From positions 1,248,001 through 1,312,000 of the forward strand of contig CAVSHR010000004.1 of the NCBI GenBank assembly GCA_963727625.1: a stretch of DNA of 64,000 nucleotides, given 5' to 3'. The DNA comes from an uncultured delta proteobacterium (GTDB lineage: Bacteria > Desulfobacterota > Binatia > UBA9968). Numbering within the stretch: position 1 is the first letter of the stretch; each line of letters begins with the position of its first letter. A program made the translations under genes and the position numbers. This document shows, one piece after another, positions 28,147 through 38,828 of the stretch. The notes below the pieces were generated by a model. It saw only the letters and a program-made list of their open reading frames with translations. It had not been told where the DNA came from and ran no database searches.

Positions 28147-30838
28147 AATTCGCCAGCAACTGCCGCAGCACGTATTCCAAGATCCCGCCGTGACGGTAGT
28201 AATCCAGCTCCGCCGGCGTGTCGATGCGGCAGATCACTTTGAACTCCGTCGACTTGCCGTCGTCCGTAGTGGCTTTGACCGTCAACTCTTGGCGCAACTT
28301 CAGACCAGGCCCGATACCGAGAATATCGAACTTTTCGAAACCGGTGAGCCCATGGGTCTTGAGATTCTCTCCGGGTTTAAAAACCAGCGGCACGATACCC
28401 ATGCCGATCAAGTTGCTGCGATGAATACGCTCGAAGCTCTCGGCGATAGCCGCTTTAATACCGAGCAAGCGCGGCCCCTTGGCGGCCCAGTCGCGCGATG
28501 AGCCGGTGCCGTACTCTTTGCCGGCGATGACGACCAGCGGTGTCCCTTCTTTTTGATACTGCATCGACGCGTCGTAGATCGACATCTGTTTTTTGTCGGG
28601 CAGATGGACGGTCACGCCGCCCTCGGTGCCCGGCGCCAGCATGTTTTTCAAGCGAATGTTGGCGAACGTGCCGCGCATCATCACTTCGTGATTGCCGCGC
28701 CGCGCGCCATACTGATTGTAATCTTTGGGGAGTACGTCATTGTTGGTGAGATAGCGCGCCGCCGGACCGCTTTTCTCGATGGCGCCCGCCGGTGAGATGT
28801 GGTCCGTGGTCACCGAATCGCCGAGCAACGCCAGCACTCGCGCGCCGGCGATCGGTTTCGGTTCCACCGGCGTTTTGGTCATGCCTTCGAAATAAGGCGC
28901 CTCGCGCACGTAGGTCGACTGCGAGTCCCACTGAAACAGCTCGCCGCGCGGCACCGGCATCTTCTTCCACTGCTCGTCGCCTTCGGTGGCCTGGCTGTAT
29001 CCTTTCTTGAACATCTCCTGGCGCACCGATTTACGCATGGTCTCATTGACCTCTTGGGGCGACGGCCAGATGTCTTTCAAGTAAACCGGTTTGCCCTGGG
29101 GATCGTTGCCGAGCGGATCGTTGTAGAGATCCACGTCCATGCTGCCGGCCAGCGCATAAGCCACCACCAGCGGCGGCGATGCCAAATAATTGGCGCGCAC
29201 GCTGGCGTGGATACGCCCTTCGAAATTACGGTTACCCGACAACACCGCGGCGGCGACCAGGTCGCCTTCTTGGATGCCGTTGGCGACCGCTTCCGGCAGC
29301 GGGCCACTGTTGCCGATGCAAGTCGTGCAGCCGTAGCCGACGAGATTAAAACCGATCTTTTCCAGATAGGGCAGCAAGCCGCTGTCTTTGAGATATTCCG
29401 TGACCACTTTCGACCCCGGCGCCAGACTGGTTTTCACCCAGGGCTTGCGCGTCAAGCCTTTTTCCGCAGCTTTTTTGGCCAAGAGGCCGGCGCCGATCAT
29501 CACCGAGGGATTGGAAGTGTTAGTGCAGCTCGTAATCGCGGAGATCACCACCGAACCGTGTTTGAGCTGAAATTTGTCGCCGTTCATCTGCACGGCAACG
29601 CTCTTGTTGGCGTTGCCGCTCTTCATGAGCGAAGGCAGCGCTTCCTTGAACGCCTTCTTGCTTTCGGTTAGGGAAACGCGGTCCTGCGGCCGGCGCGGCC
29701 CCGCCAAGCTTGGCACCACCGTCGCTAAATCGAGTTCGAGGCTGTCGCTGAACATCGGTTCCGGCGAAGCGTCGGTACGAAACATGCCCTGCTCTTTCGC
29801 GTAAGCCTCGACCAGCTGAATCTGCTGCGAGTCGCGTCCGGTCAAGTCCAGGTAGCGCAGCGTTTCGTCATCCACTGGAAAGTAGCCGATGGTCGCGCCG
29901 TACTCCGGTCCCATGTTGCCGATCGTGGCCCGGTCGGCGAGGCCCAAACTGGAAAGTCCCGACCCGTAAAACTCGACGAACTTTTCGACCACGCCCTTCT
30001 TGCGCAACATCTGCACGACGGTGAGCACGAGATCCGTTGCGGTGGCGCCTTCGGGAAGCCGGCCATGCAATTTAAAGCCGATGACCTCGGGAGCGAGCAT
30101 GATGATCGGCTGTCCTAGCAGCGCCGCCTCCGCCTCGATGCCGCCGACGCCCCAGCCGACTACGCCCAGACCGTTGATCATCGTCGTATGCGAATCGGTG
30201 CCGACCACCGTGTCGGGATACGCGAACTGCGCGCCGTCTTTCTTGGTGCCAAAAACCACCGGCGCGAGATATTCGAGGTTGACTTGGTGGCAGATGCCGG
30301 TGTCGGGCGGTATCAGCCGGAAGTTGTCGAAGGCGGTCTGACCCCAGCGCAAGAAGGCGTAGCGCTCGACGTTGCGCTCGAACTCGATCTCGGAATTTTT
30401 CCGGAACGCATCGGCCGAGCCGAAAAAATCCACCTGCACCGAGTGGTCGATCACCAGGTCCACCGGCGCGAGCGGATTGATTTTCTTCGGATCGCCGCCG
30501 AGCCGCTTCATCGCCTCGCGCATCGCCGCGAGATCGACGACTGCCGGCACGCCGGTCAGATCCTGCATCAGCACCCGCGCCGGCATGAAGGCGATTTCTT
30601 TATCCGGCTTCGCCTTCGGATCCCAGTTGGCCAAAGCCTCGATATCGGCTTTGTTGACGTGATGGTTATCTTCCTGCCGCAGCAAATTTTCGAGCAAGAC
30701 TTTCAGTGAAACCGGCAGCCGCGAGACGTTTTTGAATCCGGCTTTTTCCAGCTCCGCCAGGGCGAAGATATCGTAGCTTTCACTGCCGACATGGAGTGTC
30801 TTGCGCGTGCCGAAACTGTTCACATACTTTTGTGCCAT
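28145..30838 (-). CDS. acnA: Aconitate hydratase A
   Basis: [62 protein letters not shown]. Confidence 0.98.
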   Translation of the reverse strand: MAQKYVNSFGTRKTLHVGSESYDIFALAELEKAGFKNVSRLPVSLKVLLENLLRQEDNHHVNKADIEALANWDPKAKPDKEIAFMPARVLMQDLTGVPAVVDLAAMREAMKRLGGDPKKINPLAPVDLVIDHSVQVDFFGSADAFRKNSEIEFERNVERYAFLRWGQTAFDNFRLIPPDTGICHQVNLEYLAPVVFGTKKDGAQFAYPDTVVGTDSHTTMINGLGVVGWGVGGIEAEAALLGQPIIMLAPEVIGFKLHGRLPEGATATDLVLTVVQMLRKKGVVEKFVEFYGSGLSSLGLADRATIGNMGPEYGATIGYFPVDDETLRYLDLTGRDSQQIQLVEAYAKEQGMFRTDASPEPMFSDSLELDLATVVPSLAGPRRPQDRVSLTESKKAFKEALPSLMKSGNANKSVAVQMNGDKFQLKHGSVVISAITSCTNTSNPSVMIGAGLLAKKAAEKGLTRKPWVKTSLAPGSKVVTEYLKDSGLLPYLEKIGFNLVGYGCTTCIGNSGPLPEAVANGIQEGDLVAAAVLSGNRNFEGRIHASVRANYLASPPLVVAYALAGSMDVDLYNDPLGNDPQGKPVYLKDIWPSPQEVNETMRKSVRQEMFKKGYSQATEGDEQWKKMPVPRGELFQWDSQSTYVREAPYFEGMTKTPVEPKPIAGARVLALLGDSVTTDHISPAGAIEKSGPAARYLTNNDVLPKDYNQYGARRGNHEVMMRGTFANIRLKNMLAPGTEGGVTVHLPDKKQMSIYDASMQYQKEGTPLVVIAGKEYGTGSSRDWAAKGPRLLGIKAAIAESFERIHRSNLIGMGIVPLVFKPGENLKTHGLTGFEKFDILGIGPGLKLRQELTVKATTDDGKSTEFKVICRIDTPAELDYYRHGGILEYVLRQLLAN

Positions 30839-30955
30839 TGATCGCTCCTTAGTAAAGCTCTCCGTAGGTAACTTTATTTTTTAGCTAGCGCGACCGGATA
30901 AAGCAACAGTCGCTTTCGGTTCTTCTGCAAAATTTCAACCCAAGGATCATATTAT

Positions 30956-31290
30956 TTGATGGAATCACCAGACACAGGAAAGGATCGCTCGATAAATATA
31001 AGCAAATTCAAAACCTTAACGCCGTGCTTTTCGTTCGCAGCGATGCTTTGGCCCGGCGTCGGCCTGGCACCGATGACCCAGATTAACGCAGGCGACATCG
31101 CGATCAGCGGTGACGCTTTGCCCGCCTGGATCGCCAAGGACTCGGGCATTTCTGAAAAAACGGCCACGAAGTGCATTTGGTCTTCTTTACCGGCGGCACG
31201 ACCGCCGTGATGGTGCTGGTCTCCGCCGACACGCCGATCGCCCAACTGGCCGGGCCGGCGGTGGTTAATTCGGCTTCTCGCGGTGGCGTC
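30956..31290 (+). pseudogene. Frameshifted 5' remnant of NMT1/SsuA-type ABC substrate-binding protein
   Basis: AISGDALPAWIAKDSGISEK then frame change near the A-run at ~31154-31159 to VHLVFFTGGTTAVMVLVSADTPIAQLAGPAVVNS; truncated. Confidence 0.55.
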
Positions 31291-31354
31291 GCGCCCGAAA
31301 TATGCCGCCACTTCTTTTACCATGTGACCAGCACGGCGCACCAATACATAGATC

Positions 31355-32230
31355 TCAACGCACAATCGAAATCGCGATCGTTCCCGACACAACGCATATT
31401 GCGCCGAGCACGGTTCTAATCGTCAGGTTTTCAATGCCCCTGAGAAACAGCGTGGTGCCGAGAAGAATCCACAGCGGACTGGTCGCCACGATCGGCGAGA
31501 CGATGACGACCTGGCCGACGCTTAGAGCGACGATCACCAGAAGTATTCCCAGGGTTTCAAAAACTCCGGCCACAAGAAACGGTCCGATCGCTTGGCGGTG
31601 CCACACCGGCCGATCGCGAGCGAGCGGCGACAGCAAATAGCCGCCCAACCAAAAGAGCGAGACCAGCCCCACCGTCGCGGCAAAGTAAAGCGGCTCGTTG
31701 GCCAAAGTGAGCGCGTAGCGGCGGATCGGATGGCTGATCCCCGCCAGCAACGCCGCGCCAAGGGGAAAAGCGACATGCCATAAACGAAAGGAAGCTCGCT
31801 GCGCTTCGCTCCGCCAAGAGATCAACGTCACACCGCCGACGATCAGGACGGTGCCGAGTATAACCGGGAGGCTCGGATTCTCGCCGAGAAAGAGAATTGC
31901 GAGGGTCGTGCTGAACAAGGGATGGGAACCGCGCACCGTGGTGCCGCGTGCCGCGCCCATGTAAAAAATTCCAGCGTAAGTAAAAACCCGAATCAACGGC
32001 TGAAGCGTGCCGGTAATGAAAAAAAGAAATAAGACCCAGGGCGAAACACGCGGCACACCGCCGCTCAGCAAGAGCACCGACCAGAGTCCCAACGCGTGGA
32101 TCGTCACCGAGATCAGCGTCACCGTGATCGGCGTGGAGTAGCGCAAACCGCGCCGTGCTGAAATCCCCGAGGTGGCATAGGAGAGCGCCGCGGCAAGCGC
32201 GATCAGTTGCGGCGGGATTTGTCCAAGCAT
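31355..32230 (-). CDS. DMT/EamA family transporter
   Basis: About 10 TM helices in two EamA repeats (LFLGE; VVIVSPIVATSPLW). Confidence 0.85.
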   Translation of the reverse strand: MLGQIPPQLIALAAALSYATSGISARRGLRYSTPITVTLISVTIHALGLWSVLLLSGGVPRVSPWVLFLFFITGTLQPLIRVFTYAGIFYMGAARGTTVRGSHPLFSTTLAILFLGENPSLPVILGTVLIVGGVTLISWRSEAQRASFRLWHVAFPLGAALLAGISHPIRRYALTLANEPLYFAATVGLVSLFWLGGYLLSPLARDRPVWHRQAIGPFLVAGVFETLGILLVIVALSVGQVVIVSPIVATSPLWILLGTTLFLRGIENLTIRTVLGAICVVSGTIAISIVR

Positions 32231-32264
32231 CAGACCGATTTAGCAAAGCAACCAACGCTTGCAG

Positions 32265-33275
32265 TTATTTTTCGATCTCCCGGACGATCGCCTCGGCAAA
32301 TTTAGTCGTGCTGGCGCTGCCGCCGAGATCGGGGGTCATGACCTCGCCGCGCATCAACACTCGCTCCAACGCCAGCGTGATCCGATTGGCCGCGGCCTTT
32401 TCAGATAAATGGCGCAGCATCAGCACCGCCGCCAGAATCATCGCCGATGGATTGGCGATATTTTTACCCTTGATATCCGGGGCGCTGCCATGGACGGTTT
32501 CGAACAGCGCATGATGGTCGCCGAGGTTGGCGCCCGGCACGACGCCGAGCCCGCCGACAAGCCCCGCGGCCAAGTCGGACAAAATATCGCCGTAGAGATT
32601 TTCCATGAGCAGGACGTCGAAGCGCCACGGATCGATGACCAGCTGCAGGCAAGCGTTGTCAACGATCACGTCACTGAAACCGATCGACTTGTACCCCTTC
32701 GAGACTTTTCTGGCGCAATCCAGGAAAAGCCCGTCGCTCAGCTTCATGATGTTCGCCTTGTGCACCGCGGCGACTTTTTTGCGACCGTTGTTGCGCGCGA
32801 AGTCAAAGGCGAATTTGGCGATCTTCGTGCATGCCCGCTCGGTCATGATTTTTAGACTTTCAACCACGCCCGGGATGACTTCGTGTTCGATGCCCGAATA
32901 GAGCCCTTCGGTATTCTCCCGCACGACGATCAGATCGATGCCCTGATAGCGCGCCTTGACGCCGGGCAAATTTTTGATCGGCCGGAGATTCGCGTATAGA
33001 TTGAAAGTTTGGCGCAAGGCGACATTAACGCTGGAGAATCCCTCGCCAACCGGTGTGGTCACCGGCCCTTTGAGCGCCACGCGGTTTTTTTCAAACGAGT
33101 CCATCAGCGCTTGAGGAATCGTGGTCTTGTGTTTCTTGAGCGATTCGGCGCCGGCCAAGTACGGCTCCCAATCCACCTTCACGCCCGCCGCTTTGATAAT
33201 TTGCAACGTCGGCTTGGTCACTTCCGGACCGATTCCATCGCCGGGAATCAACGTGATTTTATGCTTCATTGACAT
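32265..33275 (-). CDS. Isocitrate/isopropylmalate dehydrogenase family, probable NAD-dependent isocitrate dehydrogenase
   Basis: IPGDGIGPEV, SVNVALRQ, RENTEGLY, HKANIMK, NLYGDILSD, HGSAPDI; near acnA. Confidence 0.85.
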   Translation of the reverse strand: MSMKHKITLIPGDGIGPEVTKPTLQIIKAAGVKVDWEPYLAGAESLKKHKTTIPQALMDSFEKNRVALKGPVTTPVGEGFSSVNVALRQTFNLYANLRPIKNLPGVKARYQGIDLIVVRENTEGLYSGIEHEVIPGVVESLKIMTERACTKIAKFAFDFARNNGRKKVAAVHKANIMKLSDGLFLDCARKVSKGYKSIGFSDVIVDNACLQLVIDPWRFDVLLMENLYGDILSDLAAGLVGGLGVVPGANLGDHHALFETVHGSAPDIKGKNIANPSAMILAAVLMLRHLSEKAAANRITLALERVLMRGEVMTPDLGGSASTTKFAEAIVREIEK

Positions 33276-33471
33276 TTCCCTTTCGCAAAACGGCTCCCGC
33301 GCATGACAATTTTATACACGAAGCGAAAGGGAATAGCAGCTAAGCCCGGATGATCGCTCCCGCTCGCGTTGACATCCCGGAGCACGCTGGTTAGTTTGGC
33401 CGAAGCTTCTCTGCGTGAACGACGCCCACCGGAACTCTCCGTCTGGCCCTTTCCGCGACGCTGCGGCAGCG

Positions 33472-34752
33472 ATGTTGAATAAGTTTACAATCCGTTTCCA
33501 AAGCATTTATTTCGGCTGGTGGATGGTCGCGATCGGCTCCGCCGTGCGCGTGCTAGCCGGCGGCCTGCACTATTACGGCTCCACCCTGTTCTTTTTGCCG
33601 GTGAGTCAAGAATTGGGCTTGAGCCGTGCCGCAACTTCTCTGGTTTTTTCTCTCTCGCGCGCGCAAGGCGCGCTAGAGGGTCCATTCGCCGGCTATATCA
33701 TCGACCGCCACGGTCCCCGTCCGGTGATGCTCGCCGCGATGTTTTTTACCGGTGTCGGCTATATGGCGCTGTCCGGCGTCCATAGTTTCACCGCGCTGCT
33801 GCTCGTGTACATGGGCCTCATCTCGCTCTCCTATCAGGCCGGCGTGATGGACGCGACCATGGCGATTCCGGCCAATTGGATCGTGCACAAACGCAGCATG
33901 GCGATGGCTTGGATGAGCGCGTCGATCGGTTTGGGCGGCATGCTGGTCACACCGCTGCTCGCCTATGCCGTGCACGCCTGGGGCTGGCGTTACGGCGCGT
34001 TGGCCGCCGGCATCGCGTTTGTAGTTGTGGGCATTCCGATCACCTTACCGTTGGTTCGTTCACCGGAGAGCATCGGGTTATCGCCAAGCGGCGACGCAGT
34101 CAGCGACAAGGAAAATTCACCACCTGCCGCCGCCCCCACGATTGCAGCGCCAGGCGACTTTACGCTCAAGCAAACCCTCGCCACCTGGCAATTTTGGCTG
34201 CTGCTAGCAGCGACGACTCTTCGAGTTTTTTGCGGAAGCACGATCACCGTCCACTTCGTGCCGATCATGACGTGGAAAGGGCTCACGCAACCCCAAGCCG
34301 CCGTGCTCTTGAGCGTCGCCGCCTCTCTCGCCCTTCCGGCGCACATGACCGTCGGATTTCTCGCCGACCGCTACAATCGTTCACGTGTCTTGGCGAGCTG
34401 CATGCTGGTTTCGCTTGCCGCCGTGCTACTCTTGATTCATGCGCATCATGAATGGCAGTTGTGGTTTTATCTGGTTTTATTTTCCGTTACCGAAACCGCC
34501 TTTCCGGTTACCTGGTCGATTATCGTCGATTTTTTCGGCCGCAAGAACTTCGCCAAAATCAGGGGAGCGATGAGCTTCATTTATACTTGGGGTGGTGTCG
34601 CTGGGCCCGTGGCCGCCGGTTTGATCTACGATCGGACGCAAAACTACGGCGTCATGCTCTGGTCGCTGGTGGCGGTTCTGGCGATCACCTCAATCGCTTA
34701 TAGCCTGGTAACTAAACCCCAGCTTCCTGCGACGCTCGACAGCAATGTCTGA
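33472..34752 (+). CDS. MFS transporter (OFA/MCT-like)
   Basis: YFGWWMV, GYIIDRHGPR, GFLADRYNR, DFFGRKNFAKIRG; 12 TM. Confidence 0.88.
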   Translation: MLNKFTIRFQSIYFGWWMVAIGSAVRVLAGGLHYYGSTLFFLPVSQELGLSRAATSLVFSLSRAQGALEGPFAGYIIDRHGPRPVMLAAMFFTGVGYMALSGVHSFTALLLVYMGLISLSYQAGVMDATMAIPANWIVHKRSMAMAWMSASIGLGGMLVTPLLAYAVHAWGWRYGALAAGIAFVVVGIPITLPLVRSPESIGLSPSGDAVSDKENSPPAAAPTIAAPGDFTLKQTLATWQFWLLLAATTLRVFCGSTITVHFVPIMTWKGLTQPQAAVLLSVAASLALPAHMTVGFLADRYNRSRVLASCMLVSLAAVLLLIHAHHEWQLWFYLVLFSVTETAFPVTWSIIVDFFGRKNFAKIRGAMSFIYTWGGVAGPVAAGLIYDRTQNYGVMLWSLVAVLAITSIAYSLVTKPQLPATLDSNV

Positions 34753-35206
34753 AGTGACCGATTTAGACCGTCACCGTTTCAAGACCTGGTTGCTGGTTAT
34801 AATCTGGGCGGCGCTGATTTTCCTTTTTTCCACCGAAACTTTTTCCAGCGACAACACCGCGAGCGTTTTTGCGCCTTGGCTCCGTTGGACGTTCCCGACG
34901 TGGTCCAACGACGCCGTCGAACTGGCGCACCATATGATTCGGAAGCTCGGCCATCTGAGCGAATATTTTATCCTCGCGTTATTGCTTTCGCGCGCGCTGC
35001 GCGCACAGATGGACGGAATTCACGGCAAAAGGCAAAGCTTATTCGCCATCGGCCTCATCGCTCTTTATTCTATGAGCGACGAGCTGCATCAGGTCTTCGT
35101 GCCGGGCCGGACTCCCAGTCTTGGCGATGTCTTAATTGACGTCTGCGGCGGCCTTGCCGGCGTACTCTGCTTCCGTTTCTGGAACTCCCGGAACAAAGCT
35201 GTTTAG
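34745..35206 (+). CDS. VanZ family protein
   Basis: RKLGHLSEYFIL, SDELHQVFVPGR, DVLID; overlaps MFS stop. Confidence 0.88.
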   Translation: MSEVTDLDRHRFKTWLLVIIWAALIFLFSTETFSSDNTASVFAPWLRWTFPTWSNDAVELAHHMIRKLGHLSEYFILALLLSRALRAQMDGIHGKRQSLFAIGLIALYSMSDELHQVFVPGRTPSLGDVLIDVCGGLAGVLCFRFWNSRNKAV

Positions 35207-35315
35207 ACTAAATGGCGGCGCGTCCAACGATCGGCGGCAAACACAAAAAATTCTTGACAATCCCCGATTAAAACTAGAGGATAATAAAAATCGATTATAA
35301 AATTGGAACTGAGGG

Positions 35316-35885
35316 ATGATCGTGCGCCGATACTGGGATTTTGTCGTCGGATTTCTCCGGATTTCGGTTTTAGCAGGGTTGATGTGGAGCCTGGCAAGCT
35401 GCTCAACATCGGGTTCGCCGAAGCCTGGGTTGGGCTATTCTCCCGAGTTCGGGGCTAATCCCGCCAACGTATCCGCGCGCTCGCCTTCGGCGATGGAGGC
35501 GATCAGCCGCGGGGTCGCCGCGGTTACGCCGCCCGGCGCACCGCTGAAGGATATTTACTACGAATTCGACAGCGTCGAGATCGAGCCCAAGGCTCAGGAG
35601 ATTTTGAAATCCAACGCCGAGTGGTTGAAGGCGCACCCGACCGCTCGCGTCGAGGTCGAGGGCCATTGCGACGATATTGGTTCGGCGGAGTACAACCTCG
35701 CCCTCGGCGCGAAGCGCGCCCAAACCGCCAAGGATTTTCTCGTCAGCCAAGGCATCTCCGCCGATCGACTAGTGACGATCAGCTACGGCAAGGAAGCCCC
35801 CGCCTGCTTCGAACACACCGAATCCTGCCGCGTTAAAAACCGCCGTGCCCGCTTCGTCATGTTCACCGAAGTGCCGACGTCTTAA
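35316..35885 (+). CDS. pal: Peptidoglycan-associated lipoprotein (OmpA-C domain)
   Basis: Lipobox LASC, IYYEFDS, VEGHCDDIGSAEYNLALGAKRA, ISYGKE, NRRA. Confidence 0.85.
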   Translation: MIVRRYWDFVVGFLRISVLAGLMWSLASCSTSGSPKPGLGYSPEFGANPANVSARSPSAMEAISRGVAAVTPPGAPLKDIYYEFDSVEIEPKAQEILKSNAEWLKAHPTARVEVEGHCDDIGSAEYNLALGAKRAQTAKDFLVSQGISADRLVTISYGKEAPACFEHTESCRVKNRRARFVMFTEVPTS

Positions 35886-36062
35886 GTCAATGCGCTGAGT
35901 GGTATTCCGAGCCGGAGAATCCACTTCGTAAGACGGCATTGCCACTCTAGACGCGCAAAGATTCCTACGCTTCAACTCGTTGAATTCCTTCGTATTTCTA
36001 TAGTTGAAAGTTTTCGCGGATTGCGCAATTTTTGTTGCCTATTGGTTTGAATACTGGATTTG

Positions 36063-36150
36063 CTCCCGCCAAGCCTGTCTTGAGCGAAATCGAAAGTACG
36101 CCAAGTACGGAATATTTTTTACCTTTGCAGCCCTGGCGTCTTGGCGGGAG
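36063..36150. repeat. Palindromic intergenic repeat with nested REP-like unit
   Basis: Perfect 11-bp inverted repeat CTCCCGCCAAG (36063) / CTTGGCGGGAG (36140) enclosing CCTGTCTTGAGCGAAATCGAAAG; between convergent genes. Confidence 0.6.
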
Positions 36151-36242
36151 ATATTCCGAGTTTTGGTTGCGGCTCTGCCGTGCGGGATTCTTCCTCGTGA
36201 TATCGAGTCACACCGTGATCTGATGATCACGTTTTACGCTCA

Positions 36243-38828
36243 TCATTCGTATCCGATTGCGGTGACGATCGTAGTCGACGCCGCTTGTCGCGCCGGGCCG
36301 TAGCCGGCCGAGAGGCACAGAATGACCGAGGCGAAAATCGACAGCACCGCAATGTCGTAGGGATAATAAAACTGGAAAGTCCAGCCGGTAAGCTCCTTGG
36401 TGTTGTAGACGACATGGTGATAGGCCATCACCGTGCCGGCGAACAGTCCAAGCAGTCCGCCGATGAGCCCCATCCAACCGGCTTCGGCCATAACGATGCG
36501 CCGCACTTGTAATTGAGTCGCGCCGATCGCGCGCAAAACACCGATCTCGCGCGTGCGGTCGAGCACCGAGGCCAGAAGTGTATTGATCACGCTGAAGATG
36601 GCGACGATCACCGCGACGATTTCGACGGCGTAATTGACCACAAAGGACTGCTCCATGATTTTCACCACCGCATCTCTGAGCTCGCGGTGTGTGCTGATGA
36701 AAAGCTGATACTTCTCGCCGTGCCGTTGCTTGATCGTCTGAATAATCTGCCGCTGGTCGGCACCGGGAGCAAGCCAGAGGTCAAAAGCGTCAAGCAGGTC
36801 GTCTTTCCAGTATTTTTTGTAAAGCGATCGATCGAGCAGCACGCTGCCCGAGTCCGAGGAATAATCGACGTAAACGCCAAGCACCAGAAAGGAGATCAAG
36901 CCTGACGGGGTGACCAACTTTAGCCTATCGCCCCGGCCGATGCCGAATTTACTCTGAAAGCTTTCGCTGACAATAACGCCTTTCCCTTCGCCCATTTCAA
37001 TCAGCGCCTGCTTACCGTCGCCGCCTGCCATGGGCAGATTCCTGACGCGCGCCGAATCCCGCGCCGAAAAGGATTCGATCAAGATCGGCTTGCCAAGATA
37101 GCTCGAACGAATCAGCCGGTAGAGGTCAACCACGTCGATCCCGGGAATTTTCCGCAACTCCGGCAGCAAGTCTTCGCGCAGCGGCACGTTTTTAGGGCCG
37201 GCGGTGCGTGCGCCGGAACTGACGATCAAATCCGCCGTGACCATTTGATCGACCCAGGCAAGCAAAGAGCCGCGCACGCTGTTGACGAAGGTGGCGATCG
37301 TGAAGATCGCCGCCAAACTTATCACCATCGTCGCCACGGTGATGCCGGAGCGAATCGGATTACGGAACAGACTATCCGAGGCCAAGCGCAACTCGACCCT
37401 AGATAGACCCGGTATACCAAGCTTCGACTGGCGAAACCGGCGCACCGCGAAGCTAATGATTACCGGGCAGAAAGCCGCCACGCCGAGCAGGAATACCAGC
37501 ATGCCGATGACACCGACGCTGAATCTCGCAACCGAACCGCTGACCGCCGGAGCGCTCAGCAACAACGTGGGCGCCATGACAAAGCAGATTATCCCGAGGC
37601 GATTGGGCCACGACATCTTTGCGCGCCCGGCAGGTTGCCAGGCCGCCTGGCGGACGTTTTCCAACGGGCTGACCCGGATCGCCTCCCAGGCCGGTTGCAA
37701 AGCCGCGAGGACGGCGACGCCGACGCCGCTACCCAGGCCGAGCAAGGATTCGCGCAGGGTAAATTCGCCACGCGCCAGATCCATCAGCGAAAAAAGGTTG
37801 CCGACCGTTTCGCCCACTGCGACCAGCGCCGCCCGAGCCAAGAGCCAACCGAGCAACGCGCCGAAAATCGACCCCGCGAGCGCCAAAAGCAAAGCCTCCG
37901 CGATGATCAGGCGCAACAGCTCGCTGCGTTTCATGCCCAGGCAGCGCAGCGTGCCGATTTCCTTCTTACGCTGGATCACGGATACAGACACGGTGTTGTA
38001 GATCAGAAAAAAGCCGACGAAGAGCGCGATCAAGCTCACGAAGAAAAGCCCGACGCGAAACGAGGTGAGCAAGAGCTCAATTTGCTCGCCGCGCTTGCGC
38101 GGCCGCTCCACCTCTGCCGCGCCGTTCAAGCGCTCGCGCAGGCGCCGCTGCAGCGTTTCAACCGAGGCGCCCGGTTCCACGGTCAAATCGACAATGTCGA
38201 GCTTGCCCTCTTTACCGAACACGCGCTGCGCCACCGGCAAGTCCATCAGCGCGAAGCTGCCGCCGAAAACTTTGGCCGTTCCCTGCTCTTTGAGCAGTGC
38301 CCGCACCGTGAATGCACGCCGGCCCTCGCTGGTAAGAACGCTGATCGTCGAGCCGATCGGCAACTTGAGCCGGCGCGCGAAGGATTCGGTGAGTGCGATG
38401 GAGTCGGACTGGGCAATAAAATCGAGCGCCTGATCGAAGCCGAACTGTGCCTCGGCAAACTGGTGCTCGCGGATGGTGAAGTCGGTGAGCAGATCGACCC
38501 CGTAAACGTACAACCGCTCTCCCGGCGCCCCGACCACCGGTAGAAAACCTTCCACCGCAGACGCGGCGTCTTGAACCCCGGCAGTGTCGCGAATGATCGG
38601 ATAGAGCGACTCGGCGATGCCGCTTTCGCCGTTGGCCACTTGCAACACCGCCTTGCCGGCGATTCGATCGATGGTCAATTGAAAGGAAGTCGTCAGCGAT
38701 CGATTCACCACGGCAATGGCGACCACCACTGCCACGCCGAGAGCGATGCCAAAAAAAGTCAGCGCGGTGCGCAGTCGGTGGCGCGTCACGTGGCGCCACG
38801 ACACCGTCATCAATAAGCGAAAGATCAC
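36243..38828 (-). CDS. ABC transporter permease, FtsX/MacB family (double repeat)
   Basis: RTALTFFGIALGVA, RKKEIGTLRCLG, RTREIGVLRAIG; GTGA overlap with ATPase stop. Confidence 0.9.
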   Translation of the reverse strand: MIFRLLMTVSWRHVTRHRLRTALTFFGIALGVAVVVAIAVVNRSLTTSFQLTIDRIAGKAVLQVANGESGIAESLYPIIRDTAGVQDAASAVEGFLPVVGAPGERLYVYGVDLLTDFTIREHQFAEAQFGFDQALDFIAQSDSIALTESFARRLKLPIGSTISVLTSEGRRAFTVRALLKEQGTAKVFGGSFALMDLPVAQRVFGKEGKLDIVDLTVEPGASVETLQRRLRERLNGAAEVERPRKRGEQIELLLTSFRVGLFFVSLIALFVGFFLIYNTVSVSVIQRKKEIGTLRCLGMKRSELLRLIIAEALLLALAGSIFGALLGWLLARAALVAVGETVGNLFSLMDLARGEFTLRESLLGLGSGVGVAVLAALQPAWEAIRVSPLENVRQAAWQPAGRAKMSWPNRLGIICFVMAPTLLLSAPAVSGSVARFSVGVIGMLVFLLGVAAFCPVIISFAVRRFRQSKLGIPGLSRVELRLASDSLFRNPIRSGITVATMVISLAAIFTIATFVNSVRGSLLAWVDQMVTADLIVSSGARTAGPKNVPLREDLLPELRKIPGIDVVDLYRLIRSSYLGKPILIESFSARDSARVRNLPMAGGDGKQALIEMGEGKGVIVSESFQSKFGIGRGDRLKLVTPSGLISFLVLGVYVDYSSDSGSVLLDRSLYKKYWKDDLLDAFDLWLAPGADQRQIIQTIKQRHGEKYQLFISTHRELRDAVVKIMEQSFVVNYAVEIVAVIVAIFSVINTLLASVLDRTREIGVLRAIGATQLQVRRIVMAEAGWMGLIGGLLGLFAGTVMAYHHVVYNTKELTGWTFQFYYPYDIAVLSIFASVILCLSAGYGPARQAASTTIVTAIGYE

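Noticed and set aside
34745-35206. Glycopeptide resistance locus
   Set aside because: Stand-alone VanZ-like gene without van cluster genes
35254-35285. Sigma70 promoter for pal
   Set aside because: TTGACA is present but no -10 hexamer at 16-18 nt spacing
36004-36303. Small ORFs between pal and the ABC permease
   Set aside because: They overlap palindromic repeats and have no coding signature
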